A stretch of DNA of 64,000 nt, from NCBI RefSeq assembly GCF_009914755.1, contig NC_060938.1, one strand, 5' to 3'. Shown here piece after piece: positions 29,267-47,301 of the stretch; position 1 is the stretch's first letter; every line of letters starts with the position of its first letter. The translations under genes were made by a program, and so were the position numbers. The notes under the pieces are model-generated. The model did no database searches and was not told the DNA's origin. It saw only the letters and a program-made list of their open reading frames with translations. Origin of the DNA: the human T2T-CHM13v2.0 reference genome, Homo sapiens.

Positions 29267-29717
29267 CTGAAAAACATGGTATAGATAGATTTGTAAATAT
29301 TTTTTATAGATTTGAAAAACATATTTCTAATACAAAGTTACAGTCAAATATTTAATACACTTTATCTCTCAAGCACGGTATGCTTTAATTGAAACAATGG
29401 ACCTAATCATTACTAGGACTTTTAGAAGGTCACTTCTTTGTTTGTCTTTGTTTTAATAGCCTCAAATCTCCCAAAAATATATCCTATTTGGTTTCCAGTA
29501 TCAATTTAAAGTCTTTCTGGGAAAAGATAAGGTCAAAATTCAAAATTTATTTTAAAATTCTTATTTCTAGACTTGTAACGTGTTGATTGCTTTGATTTTA
29601 AGTAAGCAAATCTAGTTAATTAGCTTTTTTTTTAAAAAAAGTCCATTTTTATCTCAATGTTGATTCATATCAGATACAACCAGCCTTGTATTGACAATTG
29701 GTTGAATATACAATATT

Positions 29718-29772
29718 ATATTAATAACAACAGACACTACAGTTGATCTTAGCCAAAAGGCCGAGAAGTGAT
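29718..29772 (-). pseudogene. 3'-truncated U2 snRNA retropseudogene (nt ~1-55) with 14-bp TSD
   Basis: Reverse complement ATCACTTCTCGGCCTTTTGGCTAAGATCAACTGTAGTGTCTGTTGTTATT matches the U2 5' end; flanks gaatatacaatatt (29704-29717) / gaatatacagtatt (29773-29786). Confidence 0.93.
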
Positions 29773-29882
29773 GAATATACAGTATTGAATATTGTATTGC
29801 ATATTGGTTGAATAACCAACCCTGCACAATCAAATTTTTTAAAAAGAATCCTTACATTCTAATGGTACTTAAAAAAATTTTA

Positions 29883-30008
29883 GCTTGGGGCAATGGCTCA
29901 TGCCCTGTAATCTCATCCTTTTGGGAGGCCAAGTGGGGAGGATAATTTGAGCCCAGGAGTTTGAGCCTAGCCTGGGCAACACAGTGAGACCCTGTCTCTA
30001 CTAAAAAA
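29883..30008 (+). mobile_element. FLAM / Alu monomer
   Basis: tggctcatgccctgtaatc...gagcccaggagtttgag...cctgggcaacacagtgagaccctgtctct. Confidence 0.85.
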
Positions 30009-30508
30009 CATATTTTTAAATGTATCTACAGAAAGTCGCCCCGAGCTCAATCAATGTTTATGTATAGTATTAATATACCACTCCCCACAAATAAGTTTCT
30101 AAGTCAAAGGTATTGTCAGAAGTTCAAATGACTGGACCACTCAGTGCTTTGTGATATTATTTTGATGATTTTTCTGACTGCATTCCATTCCAAAAACTAA
30201 TTTACTCTGAGTAGATGCAGAGTTAATAAAGTATGCAAAAATACTAATCTGGCTTATTTAAGTAGTCTAGTGACATATCTGAGAAAAATTTTGTGTGAGA
30301 TTCAATAAAAGCTGAGATTTAAAGAACAGGTTACTGCTGGTCTCCCCAAGTTAACATACTTTACCTGAGACATACACAAAATTAACTTTTATCCATCTCT
30401 CTCTCTCTCTTTTTTTTAAGTATTTGCTTGAGGCATAATCATAATCAACTTCTAAAGTTACATTTTACTTGATTTGTTGTCCCAAATGTAGACAAAAAAC
30501 CCATAAAT

Positions 30509-30625
30509 AGCCACAGGCACAGTGGCTCATGCCTGGAATCCCAGCACTTTGGAAGGCTGAGGCTGGAGGAGCCCAGGAGTTCCAGACCAGCCTAGGCAAC
30601 ATAGCAAGACTCTGTATCTAAAAAA
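30509..30625 (+). mobile_element. FLAM / Alu monomer with internal deletion
   Basis: ggcacagtggctcatgcctggaatcccagcactttgg...cagcctaggcaacatagcaagac. Confidence 0.8.
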
Positions 30626-30829
30626 TCTGTTTAAAAATGTTTTAAAAATATTTTTAAACATAAATATCAAGATTTCTGTTGTTAACAAAGTAATGGGTAG
30701 TCATTTTACATGAACTTTAATAAAACAATAATAGGTGAACTGTGTTGTGCGTTCTACGGTGGCTAGAGGAAAATATAATCATTTTGGGGAATGCCAATGC
30801 ATGAACAACTCAGCAGTAGGCACTCTTCC

Positions 30830-31720
30830 ATTAATCCTCCCAGATTTTCAGTTCCCTTTTCTGACCACTGGTCTTTAGTCTCCGCGGGTTCTTCCACCAT
30901 CAGCCCCTCCCCACAACGTAAAATGTGCATACTTCAGGGCTCTATCCTTTACCCTCTTATTCCACATAATATCCCTGGAGAAAATCATCACATTTTAACT
31001 TCAAGCACTAAATGCTTAATCCAAATTTCTATCTTCATCTCAGACTTTTTCCCTTTAGTTCCAGACCCACATGTCCAACTACTACTACTTATGGGACCTC
31101 CCAACATATATGACAGGCTTCTCAAACTGAACACATCTACCCCACTTCTTAAAGTCCTCAAAAAATTTTTTTTCTTCTTTAGAGTTCAATGAATAACAGA
31201 ACATATACTCTATCACCCCACTGTCATCCCTGGCTTCTCCTTCCTCATCTCCTGTATCACCAAGATTTGCCAATTCTACCTTTTTTAGTGGCCCCTCCTT
31301 CTTATTCCCACCATCGCTCTCCTAGTTCTCTTCATTTCTTCACTGAGCTTCAGCAACTTCTCCAATTTTTTGGTCTCTCATTTAGGCTCTCTACCAATCT
31401 GTCATTTGAGTGTTGCCAGTGATCCTTTCCAAATGCAAAACTGATCCAGTCACTGACCCAAATCCTCCTTATTACCTTTAAGGAAAATAAACTCATGGTC
31501 CTTAGGTTCCTTCTGATTTGGCCCACATTTGCCTTTCTGGCCTTACTTCCTCCCATTTTCTGCTAATACACGTGAAGAAGTATTCTCCAGTTCAGCCACA
31601 ATAAACCAAGGCTTACTTGTTCTCCCGGCATTTGTGCCTCAGCCCAGGCTGTTCTGTTTCAGAAGCACCTGGTCATTTCCTGTTCACCCTTTATGACATG
31701 CAATTCCAGAGCCCAGGAAG
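30830..31720 (+). mobile_element. L2 fragments
   Basis: L2-like motifs ccaaatttctatcttcatctcagac, ctcaaactgaacacatc, gtgatcctttccaaatgcaaaactgatc. Confidence 0.6.
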
Positions 31721-32222
31721 TACCTAACACACTGTGAATGTGGTATCAATGTCTGCTCTATGCCTAAGTCAATAACAGCTGTTTATATTAAAAAAGTTCA
31801 TTACGACATACAAGATATTTTCATTCATAATCTATAATAACATTTATCTTGATTCTCACAACTAGACTATCAGACAACCATTGCAGGTTTTATTATCCCA
31901 AGTTATCAATGACAAAATAATAGCTTCTGTTTTTCCAAAGGGGCAAAGGTAGAAATTAATGCAATGACCCCAAACTAAAGGTTTGACCTCTCTATTATTA
32001 CCCTACTTAAATTATCAAGTACACAATGAAGCCCACCGTGTGCTAAAAGCAACACAGAAGAAGCGTAAGTCATGCACTTAGCTCCAAACATATTTAATCT
32101 AGTCAGAGGTACAAGATCCATCCATATGAGATAAAATTCTATAGGAAAGCATCCTACAGAGCTAAATGCTAAACCGTGTAGCACCCCCAGTAGGAGAGAG
32201 AAGTGCATTTAGTGGGCATTAG

Positions 32223-32619
<397 letters not shown>

Positions 32620-35600
32620 AGTCTCCTTTAGACTGTGGACGAGTAAACGGCTGAGAGATAGATATTCCATGTGAGTGCAACAAATTGAATGTAGACCATG
32701 ACAAGTTTGGAGAACAAAGAGGAAAACACCAAAAATAGAAATTTGATTGTTTTCCACCTTTGACCGAACTCCTTAAGAATTTCAGAAAGTATCAGATAGA
32801 GAAAAAAGTACCCTGACTCTGGTAAAGAAAACAAAAACAAACAAAAACCCTAAAACTAACAAAAACAAAAATGAAAACTTCCTTCAACTTACCACAGTAA
32901 GGCTAGAAGACAGAACTATTAATAGCATGCTCATTTGCTATATTTTTTATCAACCTATTTGCATTAAATAATGTTAACCTCCCACTAAAGTTATTTCTAC
33001 TTTGAATTCTGAAGTAGTCAAGAGATTTAAATAAGAAAAAGACAACATCTGTTTCTTCATTGTTACTTTGTTATTCCCGATCCATAATGCTTCAGTTTGC
33101 TACATTTAGCTTAACATCAGCAAAGTAAACAATAATGTAACTATTCTATCTAGTAATGAGCTTGGAGACTTAAAAAAATATACATAGAACTTAATTCCTT
33201 TTCATTTGACCACTAATAACATACTGAACATGCCGGTGAAAAGAAATAAAACACAATGGTAGAAAACTCCAAAAAGGTACAATCAGTGTCTTTACCATTC
33301 ATCCCCCACCCCTATCTCATTAGCAACTTTCTGATCTCGGGTGTTTTTTCCAATAGTAAAGTGTATCCCTATATCCAAAGCAATTTCTCTAAAGCCCTTC
33401 TCACTCATTCAAAAACGTTTAACAAGTACATTGCACTAGGTGATAGAGGAAGAGAAACTGAATATTGTCCCTGCCTCAGACATTTCAGTGCTTTTACGCC
33501 TCACTTCCACTCCTAACCAGTCTTCTTCCACAGGTACCCTGTCCCCTAAAATCAAATGTTGCTTTTCACAGTTGCCTTTACTTGTCACCTAAAGTATTTC
33601 AATTCAAAATTTCCTCAAAGTCAACTTCACAGCTGCTGATAAAATAATCATTCTATATGATTACAAAGTGTTTCACCAATACATATCCCCATTTTTTCCA
33701 AACTTAAAACTTCTTCAGTCCTTACTACTTTAGCATAGAGACCTGCACTGTTTTTTTCTTCTTTTTAAAAAAATTCTAATGCTAATCCTTTACTGTTTGA
33801 GCAGACTTAATCCTACCTTTTCTTTTGTCAATAAATGCCAGGTGTTTTTTAAATCACTATCTTGCCACTTTTGATTATGATATACTGATCACTCTATTTG
33901 CATCTTGAATGAAAAGACCGCTTTGTGATTTTGCTAATGATATGTAAACTAGAACTTGAGAACCACTGGATACAGGAGTACTGCTGATCTTTAGATACTT
34001 TCTGTCTAAAAATGAAGCCCCTGTCTCCAAATTTCAGGAACAGGGAGTTAAGGTTCCATGAAGTGTTTACTTTCCACCCTTAATTTATTACCTTAATACT
34101 TGAGGTTAATAATTATGTGTTCTGTATATATCACGCTGCTTGTCAATATCCACACGTAAACCTTCTTGTTTTGACAATTAATCTGAAAAAGTCCCCATAT
34201 AGTCTAAGAGGAGGAAAACCTAATTTGGAAGAATATAATAAATGTCAGTTTCCATCACAGAATATATGCTTCTCAAGTTCAATTAACCTCTCAATGATTC
34301 CCTTTCTAAGAGGAAAGTAATTCTCCTTAGTGTCCTTGCCATCCATGGAGTGGAAATCTTTATACTGGCAAGATTATTAATCACTTGCATGACCCCCAAA
34401 ACGGCTCTTCCTTCCATTTCCCTCAAGTACTGTCTGGAGCAGCGGTTGGAATTAATAGAGGGGCCATAATCTCCAGACCTGAGTACCAAATCAATCCTGC
34501 AGCCCCCCACACCCTTAATGCCCCTGCACTTTCTTGCTTATCCTTTTTCTGTCCTCTCCATTTTTCTTTCCTCCTTCCGGTGTTCCGGAACCTATGATAC
34601 TCTCCCGGTTGTTTGAATTTTTACAACCTACCAGATAATAATCCCTTGTGATCCTCAAAGCTTCCTTAAAGCAAACCCTGCATCACTGTGTTTTAAAACC
34701 AGTATTAAAGACTATTGTGTGGGATAATGTTACATTGTTTCACAGCCCTACAAAGTTTGGCCATGAAACGTGTGGGCAGATTCCGTAACTCAACTGGAAA
34801 CGCGAAGGACTGAAACAAATCAACACACACAAAACGAAGCCAGTGAGAAAGATCCAACCCGGGCCCCCTGCCTGAAATGGGACACGGGGATGACGGGGCA
34901 AAGCCGGGCAAAGCCGGTCAAAGCCGTGCTCCTGGCTCTCGCGATTCAGGAGGCGCTCCCAGCTCACTGGGGATGACAGCGACGACGGCGGCGGCTCGCA
35001 TTGCTCCACGCTTCCCATCAGGGGGGCACCAGGGACCGCCCCAGGCCCGGCCCATGCCCGGGCTCAGAGGGAGACCCTGGTGCGAGGGCTGCCAGCAGGG
35101 CTCCGTCCTCCCGCTGAGGCGTGGCTCCCGGAGCAGGAGACGCGGAGGCCGCCCTCGGCGTTTCAGAGTCGGGGCGGGGAATGTCCATGGCCAACTGTGG
35201 GCAGGGGACCCCCAGGCGGATACAACAGGTGCGCCGGGGCCGCCCACACGACTCGGGGCGCGCCCGCCCCTGCGCCGACCCCCGACCCCTTCCGCAGCCG
35301 GGGCCCAGCTGTTACCTGCAGCGGCGCCTCTCGAGTCCCCGGAGGGCGGTCCAGGGCCGGCGCCTTACCCGCAGGCAGGCCCACTCGCCCAACGGACGCC
35401 GCGGGTCGGCGACGTCGGGGCACAGGTCCTGCGGGGCCGCGGGGGCCGCCAGGGAGGGCGCGACCGCCTGACCGGGCTTCACGGGCAGTGTCCTCAGCCG
35501 GTGACCTGGCCTCTACGGTCGCTCAGTGTCCCCGGCGATGCGCGGATCCTCACGCGCTCCCTCACTTCCTGCGGCTTTTGGTCCCTCCCGCTCGCTGTCC

Positions 35601-35627
35601 CTCTGGTTCAGCCCACTCCGCCTCCGG

Positions 35628-35641
35628 GTTGTCAGGGCAAC
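35628..35641. promoter_or_regulatory. RFX X-box motif GTTGTCAGGGCAAC, followed by half-site GTAGCGAC
   Basis: 12/14 match to the palindrome GTTGCCATGGCAAC, at the centre of the CpG island. Confidence 0.65.
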
Positions 35642-35717
35642 CGTAGCGACGCCGGCCCTGGCTGAGAGGCGTTACGAGCCCGGGCGTTCGCCCGCGGAGG
35701 CCGGGGAGCAGCCAACC

Positions 35718-35730
35718 ATGGAGCCCCAGA
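35718..35730 (+). other. Candidate coding start of a first exon (ATG GAG CCC CAG A|gtaagg; MEPQ)
   Basis: Strong Kozak context gccaaccATGg followed 13 nt later by a consensus donor. Confidence 0.5.
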
Positions 35731-36606
35731 GTAAGGGAGGCCTGGGCTGGAGCTGGGACCGGGGCTGGCGACCGGGCTGGGGCTCCCCGGGAAAGAGTGT
35801 GGGCGCCCCGCGCGCGACTCCGCAGGTTTCAACGCTCGGACACGGAAATACGGTTTGCGTCTCCTCGCGCTTTTCTCTCTTGGAGAGGGGAGAAGGGGGC
35901 TACATCCTGCCAACTCTGTGTGGTTGGGCCGCCGGCGCCTGAAAGTCCGCGCTGGGGGCCGGGAGCGACTGGAGAGCCCCGAGCTATGGGTGGGGGAGGG
36001 CGCAGCGACCCCAGCTTGCGCCTTCCTGAAACTTCGCCCAGACAGTTCCATTTACTCCTCCTCCTACTCATGATTTTAATTTGGTAGTTTGGTTCATTAA
36101 TTGTAAGTAGCCCATTTTTCTTCTAAAATGTCAGCAATTAAACACGTCAGAGGCTGGGTTTTGTATTTATTAGAGACCCCGTCTTACTCCCTGTCCCCCG
36201 CCCCACAACCCTAGTCTGCGACTTGAAGGAGAGAGAGAAAAAAAGAGCTTTGTCCAAGTGTATTTGATTCATTCTTAGGGGTTCTACAAGTTAGGACACT
36301 CAAAAAGTGTTTGTGATCTCTTTTTCTGTTTTCCCATGTTGCTTTCGATGTATGGCAAATGTTGTGCAGTTTTGAGTTATCAGATCTAACACGAGTTCTA
36401 ACTTACTATTTTTGTTGTTGTTTTTACCTTTCCAGGGACTTTGTTTCAAGGCCTTTCTTTCTCTGCCCCGTCTAAGCTGTCTTATTGTTCCTTTTGTTAT
36501 GAAAATAAGGGGAGTGTTTTGTATGGAGACTTAAAATACCTAAAACCTTTATAGAAGGATGCAGTTTGACTTTCAAACCAAGCGGTCCTATCTTCTACAA
36601 TTTCAG

Positions 36607-36662
36607 AAATGAAGAACTCAGACCAAATCTATTCTCTGGGGAAAATGTTGGCATTTCTAAAG
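36607..36662 (+). other. Candidate second exon, in frame with MEPQ (KMKNSDQIYSLGKMLAFLK)
   Basis: Acceptor tcttctacaatttcag, weak donor AAG|gtcatt; a stronger alternative acceptor lies at 36435. Confidence 0.3.
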
Positions 36663-36945
36663 GTCATTCGTTTTCCACCAAGAAAGTTTCAAATACTTTT
36701 CTTTTTAACTCATTTACTGAGGAGAAAGCTTGCAAGTTGTGACTTATAGTTGCTTGATAGATTTTGTACAGTATTTGTCATTTGCATTTACAGCTCTTTG
36801 GATTCTACATTTTTTTTATCCTAGTAAAAGAAATTTAGCATATGATAACGCTAAAATTTTTGTTTTATGTCAAACTGATGGCAGGCTGTGTGTATTCCCA
36901 CCTTAGAGAAGTGAGTTGAAATGTATCTTTTAAAAAAAACAACTT

Positions 36946-37289
<344 letters not shown>

Positions 37290-37344
37290 TTACTGTTTAC
37301 ATGTGTAAACTATAATTTCAAGTTCTTCAGTGCTTTCTTTATCC

Positions 37345-37780
37345 CTTCATTCATTTAGAGTGCCTGTTATGTTGCAGCTCTGTTCTAGGGATTGGGGATT
37401 GAACAACGGATCAGACAGTGTTAGTTTTGGTCATCCCAGGAAAACTAAGCAGAGGCTTGCTCAAGAACTACTGAGGTCTTGGTGGGGTTCGGAGATTGGG
37501 GGAAGAGGAGATGGACAAAGGCTCCCAAGAGGAAGTAGTACTGGGTCTGCAGAATGACCCAACAAAGAATGAGGGCAAGGGATTCCAGGCAGTGGGAATT
37601 ACTTGTACATAGGCCCTGAGACCTGAGAGCAGCGTGGGTTTGAGGCTCACAGTAGGAAGATTAGTAAAGCTGTAGCTAAGGAGATGAGGAGGAAAAAACG
37701 GTTGGAAGGAGGGAGGAGAAATGAGATAAGGCTGGAAAAGTCAACCGGAGCCAGATCAGAAAGGTTCTGTAACCATGTGA
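37345..37780 (-). mobile_element. L2 fragment
   Basis: cattcatttagagtgcctgttatg... and ggattccaggcagtgggaattacttgtacataggccctgag. Confidence 0.6.
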
Positions 37781-37950
37781 GAAATGTATTACATATGTGA
37801 ACTATACATTTATATCTCATGTCATTGGATTTTTGAGGTAGAAAATATTTAATTTATACCTGAGGAATGACTGTAAATTTCTTTCTTTCCACATATTCTT
37901 AAATGATTCCATCAATTTAATTTTAAATAATTCGATCACCATTTAGCTCG

Positions 37951-38565
<615 letters not shown>

Positions 38566-39640
38566 TGGAAATTCTTTTACAGTCCAAGAAACATAATTTG
38601 GATAAATATTTACTACCAAATGAGTTACTAAATATTTAAAAGGACAAGATTAAATGATCCTTGAGGTTTCTTTTAACTTGGAGATTTGTATCCAACCAGA
38701 TTTCACCTGAGACTGAAGTTATTTCCTACCGTCAGTGATAACGGAAGCACTACAGTTGTGGCATTCAAGTATTACAGTGAATTACAATTATACTGTCAGC
38801 AATATTATGTTAACAGTACATTGTTTATGGCAATATTATCTAACATATTTTAAGCCCTGTTCCTTTGTTACTGAGAGGTCTAAAATAACATTTTACAAGT
38901 ATAGTTGAATATAGCATCAGTAAATTGGTTATGAGGAAGACTCCTTCATAATTGCTTTTATGGATTAAACATGTATCTAAGGACAACACCAAGGAACTAC
39001 TAGAAATAACCCTCGAGTCAGTCTTTTCCGTTCTGTTTCCACACCCTTAGTTTTCTATTACTTTTAGGAATGACCTTTGTTAACTAAGTCATTAAAATCC
39101 AATAAACATAGACTCTTCAGACCCCACAGCTGGATCATACTCTTGGCAGCAAGCAGAGGAAGGCAGGGGCTACCACTGTTTTACAGAATAATAGTAAGTC
39201 AATGATCCAAGAAATGACTTCCCAGAGAAATGGCAAATTAAATACGTTCACAACCTTGGGCTGTTGAGAGTGGTTTTGGCTCTTGGCTTGCACATTGACG
39301 TCTTTAATTCTTTTCTTGCTAAACCAACTTCAGTATTGGAAAGATAGCTCATGTATAAAATAACATGGAAAATGTACATCACATCCCATTTGTTTTGGGT
39401 TTTTGTCCTTTTTTTTTCTTTTTTTGGAAAATAGTTCAATAGTACTATCTCTTCCTTAATTTTTTAATGAGTGTCAATACCAAGGGGTGGCTTTGGGGAT
39501 CTTTAGCCCAAATCTAAGCAAACATATAATCTGAGTAAAAACTGTGTATATTTATCAAATGCAGCATCAAGACAAGCCCCCCAGCTCCCACTTGGTGCTG
39601 CCTGTTCTGTAGGCTCTTGCTATATATATATATTTTTTAA

Positions 39641-40159
<519 letters not shown>

Positions 40160-40199
40160 TAGATAAGAGATCTAAGGTATTCCAGTGACTAAGAAACTG

Positions 40200-40900
40200 A
40201 GGTGAATGACTAAGGGACTGAGACTTCTCTCTCCAAACCTGTTTCTCCACTAGTCTTCCAAGCCTTCCCAGTTACTCCAACCTGAAAATGAGTCATCCTT
40301 GGCTCCTCATTACCAACCCTCACCCCACCCTTCTCCATCCATCAGCAGATCTGTTTATTCCACTTCCAAAATATACCCCAAATGTGCTTCCTCTTCCTCC
40401 GTACTCCAAGCTACCATGCCGTGTAAGTTATGATTGTGATTTTTGCATGTCTTCTTCCACTGCTGCCCTGTAAGTTATGATTGTGATTTTTGCATGTCTT
40501 CTTCCACTGCTACCTGGAAGCTGGAGTGACCTTTCAAAATATACATCAGATCAGATCATGTCACTCTCCTGCCAAAAGCCCTCCAAAGTTCTTACGGTGA
40601 TCTAGCTGCCTCTTCAAACTCATCACACATCTGATCTTAGACGTATTATGCTTCAAGCAAATTGGTCTTCTTGTAGTCCCTCAAACAAGCTTCTTTCAGG
40701 ACTGTGGCTCAGAACAAGCTTTCCTCTCTGCCAGGGATGCTATTCCCTCCTGCTATGACAGGTCTGACTCCTAATGTCCTTCAATCTTTGCCTAAATTTC
40801 ACCTCCTCCAGCCCTTCCCTGGCTTCCTAAAGTGGTGGTGCCCCCTCTCTGATGTTATTCTATCTCTGTGCTTTTCTTTTAATAGTAATAATCAGAACTT
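40200..40900 (+). mobile_element. L2 fragment (continues at ~41370-41490)
   Basis: gagtcatccttggctcctc, gtgacctttcaaaatatacatcagatc, catgtcactctcctgcc. Confidence 0.6.
40422..40511. repeat. Two-copy tandem duplication, period 47 bp
   Basis: tgtaagttatgattgtgatttttgcatgtcttcttccactgct at 40422 and 40469. Confidence 0.95.
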
Positions 40901-40927
40901 ATAATATTTTGTTAATATTTAAAATCT

Positions 40928-41197
40928 AGCTGGACATGGTGGCTCACGCCTGTAATCCCAGCATTTTGGGAGGCCAAGGCGGGAGGATCACCTGAGGTCA
41001 GGGGTTCGAGACCAGTCTGGCCAACTGGTGAAACCCCATCTCTACTAAAAATACAAAATTAGCCAGGTGTGGTGTTGCACGCCTGTAATCCTAGCTACTC
41101 ATGTGGCTGAGGCAGGAGAATTGCTTGAACCCAGGAGGCGGAGGTTGCAGTGAGCCGAGATAGCACCACTGTTCTCCAGCCTGGGAGACAAGAGCAA
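40928..41197 (+). mobile_element. AluS lacking its 3' end and tail
   Basis: Dimer ends at ctgggagacaagagcaa and joins L1 sequence directly. Confidence 0.92.
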
Positions 41198-41355
41198 TGT
41201 GGGGTAGGGGGAGGGGGGAGGGATAGCATTAGGAGATATACGTAATGCTAAATGACGAGTTAATGGGTGCAGCACACCAGCATGGCACATGTATACATAT
41301 GTAAGTAATCTGCACATTGTGCACATGTACCCTAAAACTAAAAGTATAATAATAA
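41198..41355 (+). mobile_element. Young L1PA (PA3/PA4-like) 3' terminal fragment
   Basis: gggatagcattaggagatatac...aatgctaaatgacgagttaatgggtgcagcacaccagcatggcacatgtatacatatgtaa...aagtataataataa. Confidence 0.93.
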
Positions 41356-42870
41356 TTTTTAAAAAATCTACTTTCTTCACTCGACTGTAGGGTGGTGGAA
41401 GAGGTCAGGGGAACTGTCTGCCCTGTTTGCCATCCTGTCCCTAGTGCCTAACATGGAGTAAACCCTAAACATTCATGGAATGGATAGCACTGCTGTTCAC
41501 AGATAGATGCCTTACCTACTTTCATTTCCTTAAGAGTGTTGTGGTGTAGTTAAAAAAAGAAAGCCATTTTATTCTACATTATTCTACAACACAAAGGGTT
41601 GTGCTCCAGTGAAACTTGAAGTGCCTTTTGTGGAGTGTGCTTTGGGTAAAGTTCATTTAAATCAGGTACTTATAAATGTCAGGTCGATTACAAATATGGT
41701 GTCCCATGTTCTTTTCTAATCTAAACGAGATGTTTTAAACGAGTCTCATTCTATCCAGTAAGAATAAGGAAAGAGGCAAGTAATCTTATTTTTGGGACCA
41801 AGCGGCCACGAGGTCATAAGACCTAAAAATGTTTACACTCCCAGGCAGCACCTGCTCGTTAATTATCTGGGAGACTGGTAAGGATTTAAAAGTAATTTTT
41901 TCCTTAAGCCCAGGAATCATTTAAAAAATCTGTATAACATTTTTTTCTCATGTAGTCTTAGCCCCGAAGAATATTAAGTCTATCAATTAGGTTATAATTC
42001 AAATCTTATCAAGAAATAAATGCTTATATAAATCAAGATTAAAAAAATTTTCAAAGCAGCGTTTTTTAAACAGTGACGTTTTAAAATCCCCATCAAAATG
42101 GTAAAATTCATTGTGATGTTGACCTCTCATGCTGTCAGCCACAGGAAGGGGCAAAACGACTTGAGGCTTGAAGCCGTGTCTTTCCCGAAGCTCAGGTTCA
42201 CCAAACATGGTCTCCAGATGGAGTCTGTTCCTCAGAACCTGGGCTTTACTTCTCGATGGGAGAAGGAAGCAGTGTTAAAACTTGTCTATTCTGAACTAGC
42301 CAACCAGATTAAAGGAGGGGTTTGTGCATACCAACATCATCCCAGAATGACCTGAATGACTCATTACATGCAGACAGTGGTGCAAACCCATTAACAAGTA
42401 AACAACTGACACCAGTGCTCTGTGCTCACAGGGCTGGGGGCATTCTTGGGTATTTTTCTTAAGGGAGGCTGGAAGAAGGGAGGAGGCGTTCCTTTCTCCT
42501 AGAGGCAAAGGCCAGTTCCTTTTGCTGTGCCCCAGGCCTTTCCTGGTTGTTATAAACTCTTCCAGGCCTTTTCTTGGGAAGGTGCTCTCATCCCCACACC
42601 CCTGCCTCCTCCCTCCACCTGTTGTGCACTCCCTGAGAGAAACAAAACAAGTTAATTAGCTTATTCAGCTACTTGGGAAGCTGAGGCGGGGGGGACAGCT
42701 TGAGCCTAGGAGTTTGGATTCAGCCCGGGCAACATGTCGAGACCCCATCTCTAATTTTTTTTTAAGTTTTTTTTTTTTTTTTTTAATTTAAATTAACATA
42801 TTCAGGCTAGTGCATGTAATTCGGTTCTCTACTGAAGTAATTCACCCTAAATTGAAACTAGCATTGCTAG

Positions 42871-43160
<290 letters not shown>

Positions 43161-43169
43161 ACTATCCTA

Positions 43170-44725
<1,556 letters not shown>

Positions 44726-44930
44726 GGATTTGGGAGATAACTCCCGCCTCTTGCACTCTCTGTGACAAGTCTAGTTTTGATATCAAGTTTATCTTAATCT
44801 CAATAAATGAGCTTGGCTCTGTTCCCTCTAATTTCTCTTAGAAGTTTCTGCAGCCTGCAGTCCCAACTACTCAGGAGGGTGAGGTGGGAGGATCACTTGA
44901 GGCCAGGAGTTCAAGGCTGTTTACTGAAAC

Positions 44931-46200
<1,270 letters not shown>

Positions 46201-46951
46201 TCTAAATTGTCTTATTGTGATAGGCTTGCTTATAGTAAAACAAACTCTTATCTTTTTAGTATCTATAGGATCTATAGTGATAACTCTTCACTCCTTATAT
46301 TCTAACTTGTGCCTAGTTAGGCACAACTCTTACTAATTAGTTATCTATTGCTGCATAAGAAATTACCTGAAACTTAATGTCTTCAAACAACAACAAGAAT
46401 TTATTATCTGTGATAGGCAGACTTCTAAGATGTTTCCCATGATCTCGATGTCTTGGTGTTATGCTCTGTATGATCTCTTCCTTTTTTAGTGTGGATGGGA
46501 TCACTGCCCAAACTTTTGGATGAAATCGAGTGAGTGTAGGTAGGATCTGTGACTTGTTTCTAACTGACATAATATTGCAAATGTGATGGGTTGTTACTTC
46601 TGGGATATGTGTGTGTGTGTGTGTGTGCGCACAGAAGAAAGGAGAGGGAAGAGGAGAGGAGGAGGAGGAGAAAGACATACATTAGGATATGAGATAGACA
46701 TATAGCTGGCATGCACACAAGATTCTCCTTGCTGATTTGAGGAAGTGTGTGACCATATTGAGGAAGCCCAACAGCAGGTGGTGTCTAGGACCTGAGGGTG
46801 GCCTCCAGCCAATACCCAATAAAAAACATATCTACACAATCATACAGACATAAGGAAATGAATTTTGTCAACAACATGAATGAGCTTGAACCTAGCTCAG
46901 CTGACGCCTTGCCTGCAACCTTGTGAGACCGTATGCAGTGAACACAGTTGA

Positions 46952-47301
<350 letters not shown>

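Larger units (their letters stand above)
34880..36045. promoter_or_regulatory. CpG island, probable bidirectional promoter
   Basis: ~1.1 kb of very GC- and CpG-dense non-repeat sequence; ETS motif cacttcctg 35563-35571; donors on both strands (CGG|gtaagg on - at 35369/35368, AGA|gtaagg on + at 35730/35731). Confidence 0.9.

Noticed and set aside
30078-30206. Further possible minus-strand exon (LEWNAVRKIIKIISQSTEWSSHLNF)
   Set aside because: Stops in all three frames and a weak donor; not supportable without homology data
32628-32700. Minus-strand peptide VYIQFVALTWNIYLS resembles the MPV17 C-terminal QxVAxxWNxYLS pattern
   Set aside because: Only ~15 residues; upstream residues do not match and I see no other MPV17-like segment, poly-A or TSD; probably chance, though tblastn would settle it
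34877-36087. Overlapping 80-262 aa ORFs in the CpG island
   Set aside because: Expected from stop-codon scarcity in GC-rich DNA; Pro/Arg/Gly-rich with no recognisable domain
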